DNA of 64,000 bases from NCBI GenBank assembly GCA_964350645.1, contig CAYGJY010000002.1, positions 246,431 to 310,430 of the forward strand, in the 5' to 3' direction. The translations under genes were made by a program, and so were the position numbers. Shown here piece after piece: positions 1 to 9,520 of this stretch. Below the pieces are notes generated by a model that saw only the letters and a list, made by a program, of their open reading frames with translations, did no database searches and was not told the DNA's origin. Within the stretch, counting starts at the first letter, position 1, and each line of letters starts with the position of its first letter. Source of the DNA: an uncultured Candidatus Saccharibacteria bacterium. Its GTDB lineage: Bacteria; Patescibacteriota; Minisyncoccia; Phycocordibacterales; UBA918.

Positions 1-138
1 GTCAGTCACTCGCGAGTATCGTTGGAGATTTTAAAAAGTATGTTGACGACCCAAAGCATTATCGACCCTCACACCAGTCATTTCGGAAATAAATATGATT
101 GAAAACAAAACCAAACCTACAAAGATATCTGCCCCCGC

Positions 139-333
139 CTATATAAAATCATTACCGGCACCGAAGCAGTACCAGGCTAGGTTTCGCATCATGGTGTCAG
201 CATCCGTGTAGTGGTGGTCGCCGTTGATTTCAATATACAAGCCAGCTGAGTCTATTGAGAGGTCGATATGTTTGTGCCCATCCCACTTTTCAATTTCGAT
301 CAAATCGCAACTGTGCAATGATGAGTGAAGCAA
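139..333 (-). pseudogene. Possible DUF559/Vsr-like endonuclease-domain remnant (64 aa).
   Basis: Translation has '..YIEINGDHH..DADTMMRNLAWYCFGAG' resembling the DUF559 core (IELDGxxH ... D..R...L...G) but lacks ~50 N-terminal residues; overlaps ygjV-like stop by 44 nt. Confidence 0.25.
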
Positions 334-805
334 TAATCACAACCTGCACCAAGAGGGTCGGCATCGAATCAATCATAATAGCGTACGGCGCCCAAAGGAG
401 CGGGCCAACGTAACTCAAGATTCTGATCTGCTTTGGGTCATCGGCCCAGAGTGCAAAGGTCGAGGCGGTCACTGCTATTGCAGGCAAGAGGCTGTACCAG
501 CCTTGCCAAAAATAAAGAGAGGCTACTACAAGTATGGCAGAAAAAACATATGGCCAAAGATAATGACTTAAGGCAGGGTAGGTGGCTTTGTGACGAAAGA
601 CTAAGTTCCGCACGATCGTTGTGCCGTTGGCAAACGCTCCTGCCAGCGCACCAAGTAGTATTTGATGTGAAGCGAGTAGCACCATCCCGATAATAAGTGA
701 GGTGAGGATTTTAATCCGATCATTAAATTGATACGAAATAAAAATCGTCGCTACGGCAGCGTAGCCAAGTAGTTGTGTGAGGAGGGGAATATCACTGTCA
801 AACAT
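290..805 (-). CDS. YgjV-like polytopic inner-membrane protein (171 aa).
   Basis: Hydrophobic multi-TM ORF; clear paralog of the two tandem ORFs at 23417-24440, with shared N-terminal motif (VISQ.LVG.AF) and C-terminal 'SYWRFYIRK'. Confidence 0.5.
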   Translation of the reverse strand: MFDSDIPLLTQLLGYAAVATIFISYQFNDRIKILTSLIIGMVLLASHQILLGALAGAFANGTTIVRNLVFRHKATYPALSHYLWPYVFSAILVVASLYFWQGWYSLLPAIAVTASTFALWADDPKQIRILSYVGPLLWAPYAIMIDSMPTLLVQVVIIASLIIAQLRFDRN

Positions 806-883
806 ACAGTAATGGTATCACTTACCTCTTGCTAGTTTTTAATATAACTGTATTGTATGGAGAGAAAAAGGGGGGGGTAGCCC

Positions 884-1216
884 ATGGATAAGATTACTCG
901 ACTCTTTCGCCAGCCCGAAGAAGAAGGTCTTGACTACGATCTCCCGCATATCATCAGGGAGATTGAGGCTGCCGACATGGACAACGATGCAGCTTTTCAC
1001 GACATGATGCGTGCGTTGTATGAGGGCGAATCGGGCGAGAGCCTGATGGACCGCCTCGGAATCGCGATCTCGTTTCGTCTCTCTAATTCCACAATGGAGA
1101 GGTATGTGCAAGGTCTTTCTGCGCCACGGTACCTGAAGCGAAAGCAGGATATGCGAGACGCAATCGTGGCTGCTTTGAAACGAGCAGACGCAGATCTTCG
1201 GTCGGCGGGGCACTAG
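884..1216 (+). CDS. Hypothetical protein (110 aa).
   Basis: Intact ORF with GGGG-rich RBS region and a GGCTGC-TTCG-GCGGCC tetraloop hairpin terminator right after the stop. Confidence 0.4.
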   Translation: MDKITRLFRQPEEEGLDYDLPHIIREIEAADMDNDAAFHDMMRALYEGESGESLMDRLGIAISFRLSNSTMERYVQGLSAPRYLKRKQDMRDAIVAALKRADADLRSAGH

Positions 1217-1323
1217 GCTGCTTCGGCGGCCTTTTGCTTTGTAGATGGTGGAGAAATGTTGAACGGGCGTCGCCAGACGCCCGTTTTGCTTGCTGGTTTG
1301 GGGGATTGGGGTACACTCACTTT

Positions 1324-1965
1324 ATGAATCGTCTTGATATTCCATATGTAGGAAACTCGGGGCAAGCCTGCGCACTGGCCTGCTATACGATGGTCGCCAA
1401 GTACTTTTTTCCAGAAGTCACGTTTGAAGAAATTGGAGAGGTCTCACGTTGGAAGCAGGGGTATGCAGTATGGGAGATGCCATTCTGGAACTGGATCATG
1501 GAGCGAGGGGTTAGCGTTACCGACTATGACGTCATTGACTACCAAGCTTGGGCTGAGCAGGGTCTCTCTGGCCTAAAAAGCTCAGTCCCAGAGAAAGAGT
1601 TCATCTACTACGAGACACACACCCACAACCTAGATTCTTATACGGCAGATATTCAAGCGGCGGTACAAAATCCACATTTCACCCAACACAAACGCAACCC
1701 GACGTGGGACGATTTACTCTTCCAGTACAACAACGGCGCTGTTTGTGCTGCCGTGCTCGACGCCCGTACTCTTGATAATGCTGAAGGGTTTGATCTGCAT
1801 CAGGTTGTCGTATTAGATATAACTGACAATGAAATCACTTTCCATGACCCGAGAGGAGATGGAAAGGAACGGCCCCGTCGAACAGAAACACACGAACATT
1901 TCAAACGGGCCTGGCTGGAGGTTGTTGCTGCGCCATCGCTGTGTGCTTACAAGAGTGTTGGGTAG
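1324..1965 (+). CDS. Peptidase C39-like (papain-fold cysteine peptidase) domain protein.
   Basis: 'GNSGQACALACYTMV' (Q...C nucleophile region) and downstream 'DLHQVVVLDITDNEITFHDP' His block typical of Peptidase_C39_2; start trimmed to ATG 1324 from ORF 1234-1965. Confidence 0.5.
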   Translation: MNRLDIPYVGNSGQACALACYTMVAKYFFPEVTFEEIGEVSRWKQGYAVWEMPFWNWIMERGVSVTDYDVIDYQAWAEQGLSGLKSSVPEKEFIYYETHTHNLDSYTADIQAAVQNPHFTQHKRNPTWDDLLFQYNNGAVCAAVLDARTLDNAEGFDLHQVVVLDITDNEITFHDPRGDGKERPRRTETHEHFKRAWLEVVAAPSLCAYKSVG

Positions 1966-2030
1966 GTACTGACCGGGGCGTCGCTAGGCGCCCGTTTTGC
2001 TTGCTGGTTTTGGTGGTTGGGGTATAGTTT

Positions 2031-4418
2031 TTGAAAATGAAAATGTTTGAATTCAAAGGTATAAATTTTGAGAGCATAAAACTGAGTGTTGGTTCACTTG
2101 TTGGTGTTGGTAAAATTTTTCATAAAGAAGAGCACCAAGACAACCGGAAAATTCAACTAGAGCAAACGTCGCAAACCTACATAGCGAACCAGCTCAACCT
2201 CAGTCTTGAAGGCTTGACCCCAGAACAACAAACTGACCTCATTCAGAGTGCGTTGGGGAAAAAAGAACAGAATGACTCGGAGGTACTCGAGCCTCCAAAA
2301 GCTCAGACAACAGAGCCACTACCTCAACCAACTGAAGAAAGTGGTACTGAAAAATTCCTCAAGCAACGTTTGGAAGACTACAAAAGCAACCCTGAGTTGT
2401 TGCTTGATAGAGGTGCTTTATTGTCTGTATACACCGATCGAGAGAAGATTGGCTTTTCTGAAGAAGAGCTAGTTTTTCTTGTACAGTCTTCTATAAAAAA
2501 CGAGTTTCCCATTTGGTATTGGTCTTTCTACCAACGAGAGAACTTCGAAAGCGTCTCACCTATGTTCAAAAATGCGTATGCACATGAATCACTGAAAATA
2601 CGGTGTGGCGTGATCGAAGCTCTCACAAGTTTTTCTGACACGAGTGATGACATCATTGAATTGTGTGAGTCCGAAAGGAACCCTAAGGTTCTTGGATATG
2701 CAGCATCTGCATTTGCACGCAAAAAAGACTATCCAAGGCTTCAAAGAGTAGTGGCCAATGCACTTACTCGACGTATTGTGCCTGAGTTGACCGAGGAAGG
2801 GCGAGGACTGTTGAATAAGATCAGTATTGACCTTGGTGCGGCGGAACGACGTTTTTTGTGTGAAAAAATTGAGAATGGGTGGACTGAAGAAAAGATTTTG
2901 TCTTTAGGAATTCTTAGTACTTCTGCTGAAGAATCTGATTTGGAAACCCTTGAAAAATTTGTTGGAACATCTCTATTTATACGAGCTGAAGAGCTGGTGC
3001 TTTTGTGCATTGCAAAAATTGGTAAAACAACTAAGGCAGACAAAATTGAAAAAGAACTGCTTGAAACCAACAGGATTGAAACTTTCTATGCAGCACTTGA
3101 TGTTTTGGTGAAAATAAACTACGAGCCACTCTTTGATCAACTGCTTGAATGGCTTGGAAAAGCAGAGCGAATATCAGGAAGATTTTGGGGTGAGGTTGAT
3201 GACAGTAAAATCAAAGATAACATCCAAGACTCCTTGCTAGAGCTATTGAATGAGAAGAACTACAATAAATTTGTCGAGTATATCTTGGACAATTACGATG
3301 CTGACTATCGTGGAAACATCTGGAGCTGGCGTCATTTTTGGGTACTCAGAATGGCTTGTAAAAAGTCGGGGCTTCGCGACTTTATAAAGAAAGAAAAACG
3401 TCTCGTCGATTTTGAAAAATGGGCAGATGTAAAAGCTGAGCTGATTCAGGTGGAGGAAGTAGCGAAAGAAAGCCCCGATCAACTATTTGAAGCCGCAAAA
3501 GTCCAGACTTATAACAATAAACTTTTTATACTACGCAAGCTTTACACCCTGATCACTCCCGAGAAAGCCTTTGAAATGGCAGATCAATTTATTGAGGATC
3601 TACGCATAGACTTGAAACAACGCTTGAAAAAAGTGTCTGAGGAGGATCATCCAGAGGATGTAAAAAAGATCGCTGCAAATGATCTTGATAAATTCTTAGG
3701 TGAAAACCATTTCTTTTACCGCTTACAAAGGAAAAAGAAGAGGGGTAGACGTGCTGAAGATGAGGGCGAGAAAGATGTAGCCTTTGAGCAGCTCAGTGAA
3801 GACATTGATAAGTTCAATTACATTGAGAAAGAGTATCTCACGCACATTTTCAAAAGTGATGATAAGGTTATTCAGAAGAAACTCCTGGTTAGTATCGGGA
3901 GGCCTCATGAGTGCATATATGAGTCTCTGCAAACCTCAACGGGTGAGGTTGGTGCTCTTGAGCGCGCGCTAAATCAAGTCATCGTGTCTGACCCAAACAA
4001 GCTTCTCAAACTGAAGGCGATTGACGCGGCTTTGAGAATAGGAGTGTGTGAGAGAGCAGAATTACATTTGAAGACTCTTGAAATACTTGTGAACTCTAGG
4101 ACAATAGCTAAGGCACCACGAGGTGAAGATTATGATACTTGGTTTACGGGCGAGTTGACTTACGGCTGGGCAGTCAACACATTGAGTAAATTTGGTGATG
4201 TTATTGATTTCCCACTGATAAAAGAAGCTGAGAATCGTGAGAAAGTTATTTCACGCAGTTACCGACACTATGGTAGTTATCAAGATATTAGTGTTTTTGG
4301 TGAATTACTAGATTTGACTGAAATACTCGAAGACCCTGAGGATAAAGGAAACACTTTCTCTACTCTTGAGGATCTTGATTATAGATGGTCGAAAAAGATT
4401 TTGGGCATAGAAGATTGA
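2031..4418 (+). CDS. Large hypothetical protein (795 aa) with HEAT/PBS-lyase-like repeats; AT-rich.
   Basis: Long intact ORF; repeated 'E.NPKV...AA.AL' helical-repeat segments; noticeably lower GC than neighbouring core genes. Confidence 0.5.
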   Translation: MKMKMFEFKGINFESIKLSVGSLVGVGKIFHKEEHQDNRKIQLEQTSQTYIANQLNLSLEGLTPEQQTDLIQSALGKKEQNDSEVLEPPKAQTTEPLPQPTEESGTEKFLKQRLEDYKSNPELLLDRGALLSVYTDREKIGFSEEELVFLVQSSIKNEFPIWYWSFYQRENFESVSPMFKNAYAHESLKIRCGVIEALTSFSDTSDDIIELCESERNPKVLGYAASAFARKKDYPRLQRVVANALTRRIVPELTEEGRGLLNKISIDLGAAERRFLCEKIENGWTEEKILSLGILSTSAEESDLETLEKFVGTSLFIRAEELVLLCIAKIGKTTKADKIEKELLETNRIETFYAALDVLVKINYEPLFDQLLEWLGKAERISGRFWGEVDDSKIKDNIQDSLLELLNEKNYNKFVEYILDNYDADYRGNIWSWRHFWVLRMACKKSGLRDFIKKEKRLVDFEKWADVKAELIQVEEVAKESPDQLFEAAKVQTYNNKLFILRKLYTLITPEKAFEMADQFIEDLRIDLKQRLKKVSEEDHPEDVKKIAANDLDKFLGENHFFYRLQRKKKRGRRAEDEGEKDVAFEQLSEDIDKFNYIEKEYLTHIFKSDDKVIQKKLLVSIGRPHECIYESLQTSTGEVGALERALNQVIVSDPNKLLKLKAIDAALRIGVCERAELHLKTLEILVNSRTIAKAPRGEDYDTWFTGELTYGWAVNTLSKFGDVIDFPLIKEAENREKVISRSYRHYGSYQDISVFGELLDLTEILEDPEDKGNTFSTLEDLDYRWSKKILGIED

Positions 4419-4531
4419 GCCGTTAGCAGCAGAAGAAGCAAGGATAAAACAGCGTTGTGAGTGTGGTGTTTTTAGTGTTTGCTGTACTTTCGAGTTGAAA
4501 AAAATCACCAATTGACTTTTCGGAGTGATAA

Positions 4532-5110
4532 TCAATAAATCTTTTCCTTCTTCTTAAACATTTCGAGGTATTTTTCGGCGCGACGTTGCCGAGTCTCTTC
4601 TTTCTTTGCGCTCCGCAAGTTGTAGACGACTGAGTAGTGGTTGGCTTTGTTGAGGGTTTTGAAAAATGCGTAGGACTCTGGGTCTTTCTTAAGCTTCGTG
4701 ATGAACCAGGTCGGGACGGTCATGTTCTTCGGTGAGTCATACGCCGCGGCGAAGCGGCCGTCTTTCTTGGCTCGCTCGACTTCGGCGAGTCCTGGCGCTT
4801 TCATCTTTTTGTTTTTAATGAGGGTTTCTACGATCTCACGATTGATCTTTGACCAGGTGCTCCGGGGCCGACGCTTGGAGAATTTTATGAAGTAGTACTG
4901 CTCGTTGTGTTTGTTGATGAGTCCGTCGATCCAACCATAGCATAGCGCCACTTCACGCGCTTCTTCGTAGGTAAGGGAAGTAGCTCCGGTGCCTTTCTTG
5001 GCGAACTGAAGCCAGATACTGGCCGGTTGCTCAAAGTTTGACCGTAGCCACTTCGCAAAGTCAGCTTGTTTCTTGAAGTGATGAACGGCCAAGCCTTTGT
5101 GGGATTTCAT
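4532..5110 (-). CDS. YdeI/OmpD-associated family protein (DUF1801/DUF1905-like).
   Basis: 'WLQFAKKG...LTYEEAREVALCYGWIDG' N-terminal signature of the YdeI family plus lysine-rich C-terminus. Confidence 0.55.
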   Translation of the reverse strand: MKSHKGLAVHHFKKQADFAKWLRSNFEQPASIWLQFAKKGTGATSLTYEEAREVALCYGWIDGLINKHNEQYYFIKFSKRRPRSTWSKINREIVETLIKNKKMKAPGLAEVERAKKDGRFAAAYDSPKNMTVPTWFITKLKKDPESYAFFKTLNKANHYSVVYNLRSAKKEETRQRRAEKYLEMFKKKEKIY

Positions 5111-5252
5111 ACAGGTATTGTACCAATCTAGGTGGCTATGTATCTATGTTTATACTTCAAACATTCATCATAAAATTAGTAAAATTTATGTTGAAAACAG
5201 AACGACCACCAGAGGCGGTCGCCTGCAGGTGGTCTTGATGTGGTTTGCGCTC

Positions 5253-5486
5253 TTACCGGCGCTTTACCTTACGCGCTCTTTTGAGCTTTTTCTTCAGCTT
5301 CTTCCGCGCTCCCTCGTCGCCTTTGAGGCCCTCCGCTTCCGTAAGCAGTTCGAGAACCTGGCCCTCCAGATCTTGAAGGTCGCACGCCAGGGCATAGAGG
5401 CCCAGGCCTACCTTGTCAGGAATAGCGTTGATGCGATTCCAGAATTCCTCTGACTTCTCGCCAGAGTAAACCGTCCGGGCTTTCAT
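5253..5486 (-). CDS. Small basic hypothetical protein (77 aa).
   Basis: ORF trimmed to ATG preceded by AGGAGAA SD (revcomp of 5487-5500); lysine/arginine-rich C-terminus; hairpin terminator downstream (5195-5235). Confidence 0.4.
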   Translation of the reverse strand: MKARTVYSGEKSEEFWNRINAIPDKVGLGLYALACDLQDLEGQVLELLTEAEGLKGDEGARKKLKKKLKRARKVKRR

Positions 5487-5664
5487 GTGTTTTCTCCTTG
5501 CCGGTGTTTGTATGGGTCTTATACCACATGAATAATACCTTGTCACTATTAAGGAAAACGGGGTCAGCCACTATTTACTCAATACAAAAATGCAATTCAG
5601 AAATCTTTTAGCTGAAATGGACTGTAAAAACTTCAAGAGCTAATTCTTTTGGTATGATTAACCT

Positions 5665-6090
5665 ATGTCCAAATCTGCACATAAAACAGTGCCACGCAAA
5701 GTGTCGGTGACAGAATATATCAAATCGTTGCCGGCGGCAGAGCAAAAAGATGCCAAAGCATTATTAAAGCTTTTTAAAACGGTTACCACTATGAAGCCCG
5801 TCATGTGGGGAAACATGATTGGCTTTGGTTCCTACCACTACAAATACGACTCAGGCCGGGAAGGAGATTTTTTTGCCACTGGCTTTGCGCTTCGTAAAAG
5901 CGGGCCGACGATTTATATCATGCCTGGGTATCAGGACTACGGTGCGATTCTCAAAGATCTAGGTCCACACAAGTTAGGGAAGTCATGTCTGTATCTCAAG
6001 ACTCTTGATGAAATTGACCTCAAGGTACTGAAGAAATTAATTAAAACTGGCCTCAAAGATTTACGAAAAGTGTATCCGGTGAAGAAATAA
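5665..6090 (+). CDS. DUF1801 (YdhG-like) domain protein.
   Basis: 141 aa ORF with typical DUF1801 layout ('VTEYIKSLP...ALLKLFK...'); carries the shared upstream motif (5612-5639). Confidence 0.55.
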   Translation: MSKSAHKTVPRKVSVTEYIKSLPAAEQKDAKALLKLFKTVTTMKPVMWGNMIGFGSYHYKYDSGREGDFFATGFALRKSGPTIYIMPGYQDYGAILKDLGPHKLGKSCLYLKTLDEIDLKVLKKLIKTGLKDLRKVYPVKK

Positions 6091-6207
6091 AAAACTGACT
6101 CCATTGAGTCGGTTTTTTGTGTGGAGCAATCAGTAGAAATACACAGTGCATGTGAAGTTATAAACAGGTACCTTGCATTGCATAGTACCTTATGATAATA
6201 TTCTGCT

Positions 6208-6582
6208 ATGACTGATTCATCAGCAAAAGAAGAAAATAAATATAATGTCGAGAACGCCCAGTCACAGATGCGCAAAGGATTTCTAGAATTTCCGGTTCTG
6301 CTCATCATTGCAGCGAAGGCGACCTATGCCCCTGATATTCTCAAGCAACTTAAGAAAGCCAACTTGCTTGTAGTCGAGGGCACGCTCTATCCGCTCTTGT
6401 CACGTTTGAAGCGGTTCGCGCTTGTCGAATACGAGTGGCAGGAAAGTAAGAGTGGGCCACCGCGCAAAATGTATTCCATCACTCCCGAAGGGAAGGAGGT
6501 GCTAGCTCAACTTGAAGGGTCGTGGCAGTCGCTCGATGAATCAATGACCATGCTTATTAAGAAATCAGACACTAAGAAGTAA
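6208..6582 (+). CDS. PadR family transcriptional regulator.
   Basis: 'EGTLYPLLSRLKR...E..W.....RKMYSITPEGK' winged-helix PadR signature. Confidence 0.7.
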   Translation: MTDSSAKEENKYNVENAQSQMRKGFLEFPVLLIIAAKATYAPDILKQLKKANLLVVEGTLYPLLSRLKRFALVEYEWQESKSGPPRKMYSITPEGKEVLAQLEGSWQSLDESMTMLIKKSDTKK

Positions 6583-6584
6583 TT

Positions 6585-7814
6585 ATGAAAAAAGTAATCA
6601 ACATCACCCTTGGCAGTATCGTGTTTGCCATCGAGCAAGAAGCCTACGAGATTCTCGCTTCGTACTTAGAGAGTATCAAGCACAACATCGCTGACAACGA
6701 CGATGCGGCTGAAATTGTAGCCGATATCGAACGCGCCATTGCTGAAAAATTCCTCGCTCGTAAGCGAAGTGAAAAGGTGGCGGTAACAAGCGAGGATGTC
6801 TCGGTCGTTACTACAGAGATGGGTAGTCCAGCCGACTTTAGTGAAAGCGATGTGAAGGTAGGAGGTGAGAGCGACCAGGATGAAGCCCAGGCTACAACTC
6901 CACCAGTCGCACCCGAGTCAGAAACAAAAAAGCGACTATACCGCGATACTGATGACGCTATCATTGCGGGTGTAGCCTCTGGTTTGGCACGATACTTTGA
7001 TATTGATCCAGTGATTGTCCGGGTGCTATTCATCGTGGCTGTCTTCTTCAACGGGTTAGGTATATTGGCGTATATCGTTCTTTGGCTCGTCGTACCAGCT
7101 GCTGAAACAACTGCCCAAAAATACGCCATGCGTGGTGAGCGCGTGACTGTCGAGCAAATAACCGAGCGAGTAAAACGGAAAATCGGCGAGGTAGATACCG
7201 ACGCACTCAAAGATGGTGCAAAAAGTACCTGGGGTGGTCTGCGGCCAGTCTTGGTGAAGTTTTTTGAAGTAATCGGAATACTGGTCAAAGCGTCTTTGTC
7301 TGTTCTTAGGTACGTTGTTGGTTTTGCATTTTTGATCGGAGGGGCACTCTCGGTTGCAGGTATGGTGTCGGTATACAGTATTGTCCTGCTTTCAGACCGG
7401 GTGTTGCTCCCAGCAGACGCTCAGGTGGCTGTCGATACCATGCTCAGTAGTGCTCTGGGAATAGTTGCTATCTCAGCTTCGTTTATCATGATGTTCGTTC
7501 CGTTTCTGGTACTGATTTTGGCTGGCGGTAGTATGGTAGCCAAGAGAAACATGTTCACCGTGTCGAAAAGCATCACCTTGGCAGTCGTGTGGATTGTGGC
7601 GGTGGTTCTCGCTGGTACGACGTCAGTGCTGCAGCTAGAAAAAGTCATGTCCATTATAGATCCAGAGGGCTTTGAGCACGGTAGCTATGAGTTACCGATC
7701 GATAGTGATTACGATCCAGCAGAACCTGACACTGCCCCAGTGCCACCAGTAGAACAAGACGTGCCGAGCGCTCCGCCGGCTAGTGACCCGATTGATTTAC
7801 CGGTGGTTCAGTAG
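6585..7814 (+). CDS. PspC-domain membrane protein (stress-responsive), translationally coupled to padR.
   Basis: 'LYRDTDDAIIAGVASGLARYFDIDPVIVRVLFIV' PspC domain followed by several TM segments; ATG 3 nt after padR stop. Confidence 0.7.
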   Translation: MKKVINITLGSIVFAIEQEAYEILASYLESIKHNIADNDDAAEIVADIERAIAEKFLARKRSEKVAVTSEDVSVVTTEMGSPADFSESDVKVGGESDQDEAQATTPPVAPESETKKRLYRDTDDAIIAGVASGLARYFDIDPVIVRVLFIVAVFFNGLGILAYIVLWLVVPAAETTAQKYAMRGERVTVEQITERVKRKIGEVDTDALKDGAKSTWGGLRPVLVKFFEVIGILVKASLSVLRYVVGFAFLIGGALSVAGMVSVYSIVLLSDRVLLPADAQVAVDTMLSSALGIVAISASFIMMFVPFLVLILAGGSMVAKRNMFTVSKSITLAVVWIVAVVLAGTTSVLQLEKVMSIIDPEGFEHGSYELPIDSDYDPAEPDTAPVPPVEQDVPSAPPASDPIDLPVVQ

Positions 7815-7888
7815 GAGAGGTGGGTGCGTTCTATGAAAACACCTGTTGGGTGTTTTTCTCGTATGTGGAGCAGTTTAACTCAAGTTAA

Positions 7889-7949
7889 AACCTCTTTGAT
7901 TGAAATGGAGTGTGCGAACTTTCTGAAGGTAGTTGATCTGTGGTAGATG
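7889..7949 (+). repeat. ~60-nt conserved element, copy A: 'aacctctttgattgaaatggagtgt...gaaggtagttgatctgtggtagatg'.
   Basis: Direct sequence match to copy B at 8988-9048 (first 25 nt identical, remainder ~80% identical) and partial match to 5612-5639. Confidence 0.8.
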
Positions 7950-7995
7950 AAAGCCTTTAGTCTGACTACTTTCAAAGGTATACTGATCAATAACT

Positions 7996-8898
7996 ATGTG
8001 GCTTTTATATACATTCGGGTATGCCTTTGCTCAAGCGCTGGTTCTCTATGTCGATGAATACTTAAGTATCAGTAATGTTGTTACTGAATCTTCTAGTTCT
8101 CATAAACGCATTGGCGCGGTTTTGATCACTTCAGCATTAGTGGGATTTTTAGGTGCACTTGGTGTGTTTCTTTATCTTGGTGATGTAACAGCAACAACAT
8201 ATGTGATGACACTCAGTCTTTTGTCAGCAATACCAATGGTTACTGTATATGCTTCTTACTTTTACCTCTTACTCAACAACCCTTCGTATTTGATTGCACC
8301 GTTTTTCCAGTTCAGCGTAGTCTGGATGTTGCTGTATGAATTAGCACTAGGTGCAACGATTACTTTAGCTGGGTTACTTGGTATTTTCCTTTTGATTTAT
8401 GGAGTGTATATGCTCGATGTTAAATCTTTACGTTGGAAAATTCCAACTCGATTGCTCATGTACATGATACCTGCAAGTCTATTGTGGGCACTCGTAGTAA
8501 TAATGACACAAGCTGCCACACAAGAGGCTTCCGCGCAGGTTGTTGTCTTTTATCAAATGCTGGGCACTGGTTTTGTTGGTCTTGCGCTTCTCTTGTTCGT
8601 AAAACCGTATCGTGAGGGGCTGGTGTTCCGAATGAAAAACCAAGGCAAGAGCTTTATTGCTGCAAGCGTGGTGAACGAACTTTTTTGGCAAATCAGTCTT
8701 TTATTTGCAGTATTGGCAATTGCTTCGGCACCACTCGTTGCTTACTTTGGTGCTGCTGGTGGTGTACACAACCTTATAGTACTTGGACTATTCTTCCTCT
8801 TTCCTCTGCACGAACGTAATAAAATCACTTGGGTGCAAGTATTGGCGATAGCATTGATTATCTTTGGTATTTTTAGTATCGAATTTTGGCGAGTATAG
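7996..8898 (+). CDS. Polytopic membrane protein, function unknown (300 aa).
   Basis: Highly hydrophobic intact ORF, ~9-10 predicted TM segments. Confidence 0.5.
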   Translation: MWLLYTFGYAFAQALVLYVDEYLSISNVVTESSSSHKRIGAVLITSALVGFLGALGVFLYLGDVTATTYVMTLSLLSAIPMVTVYASYFYLLLNNPSYLIAPFFQFSVVWMLLYELALGATITLAGLLGIFLLIYGVYMLDVKSLRWKIPTRLLMYMIPASLLWALVVIMTQAATQEASAQVVVFYQMLGTGFVGLALLLFVKPYREGLVFRMKNQGKSFIAASVVNELFWQISLLFAVLAIASAPLVAYFGAAGGVHNLIVLGLFFLFPLHERNKITWVQVLAIALIIFGIFSIEFWRV

Positions 8899-8941
8899 GT
8901 AAAAGTAAAGAAGCTTACTCTCTCGAGCAAACTTCCATATT

Positions 8942-8970
8942 CTTCTATATATTTCCATGTTTGGTGGAAG
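8942..8970 (+). repeat. Imperfect direct repeat of the ssrA (tmRNA) 3' end plus flank; att-like.
   Basis: 'cttctatatatttccatgtttggtggaag' matches 10007-10035 'cttctagatatttccatgtctggtggaga' at 26/29 positions; the latter is the tmRNA 3' terminus (revcomp UCUCCACCA). Confidence 0.6.
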
Positions 8971-8987
8971 ACTTTGTACCAAGTAAG

Positions 8988-9048
8988 AACCTCTTTGATT
9001 GAAATGGAGTGTCCTAATTTCCTTAAGGTTGTTGAGTTGTGGTAAATT
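8988..9048 (+). repeat. ~60-nt conserved element, copy B (upstream of SRPBCC gene).
   Basis: See copy A; contains plausible sigma70-like -35/-10 (tttcct-N19-taaatt). Confidence 0.8.
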
Positions 9049-9055
9049 TAAATAT

Positions 9056-9496
9056 ATGCAAAAAATGCACTTTTCAATCACAATAGACGCACCAAAGGAA
9101 AAAGTGTGGGACACCATGCTTGAAGACGCTACTTATAGAGAGTGGACTAAAATATTTGAGCCGGGATCTCACTATGAAGGAAGCTGGGAAGAAGGTTCAG
9201 AAATAAAATTTTTCTCAGCAGACGAAAAAATGGTTATGTACAGCCGTATTAAAGAGAATCGTCTTCATGAATATGTTTCTATCGAACATATCGGAATAAT
9301 AAAAGATGGTGTTCTCGATACTACCAGTGACGAAGTTAAAAAATGGGCTCCGTCATACGAAAACTACACTTTTACCACCACCGATAATGGTACTGAACTA
9401 TCAGTTGATATAGACATAAATGATGAGTACAAAACTTCGTTTGAAGAAATGTGGCCCAAAGCGCTTGAGGTTTTGAAAGCCTTAGTAGAAAAATAG
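9056..9496 (+). CDS. SRPBCC-fold protein (AHSA1/activator-of-Hsp90-ATPase-like).
   Basis: 'HFSITIDAPKEKVWDTMLEDATYREWT' START/Bet-v1-like N-terminus; start trimmed to ATG 9056. Confidence 0.6.
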   Translation: MQKMHFSITIDAPKEKVWDTMLEDATYREWTKIFEPGSHYEGSWEEGSEIKFFSADEKMVMYSRIKENRLHEYVSIEHIGIIKDGVLDTTSDEVKKWAPSYENYTFTTTDNGTELSVDIDINDEYKTSFEEMWPKALEVLKALVEK

Positions 9497-9520
9497 CACA
9501 GTTTCTCTTCAATTTAATAC

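Noticed and set aside
6644-7288. 214-aa minus-strand ORF.
   Set aside because: Antisense inside pspC-domain gene; Ser/Thr/Ala-rich frame artefact.
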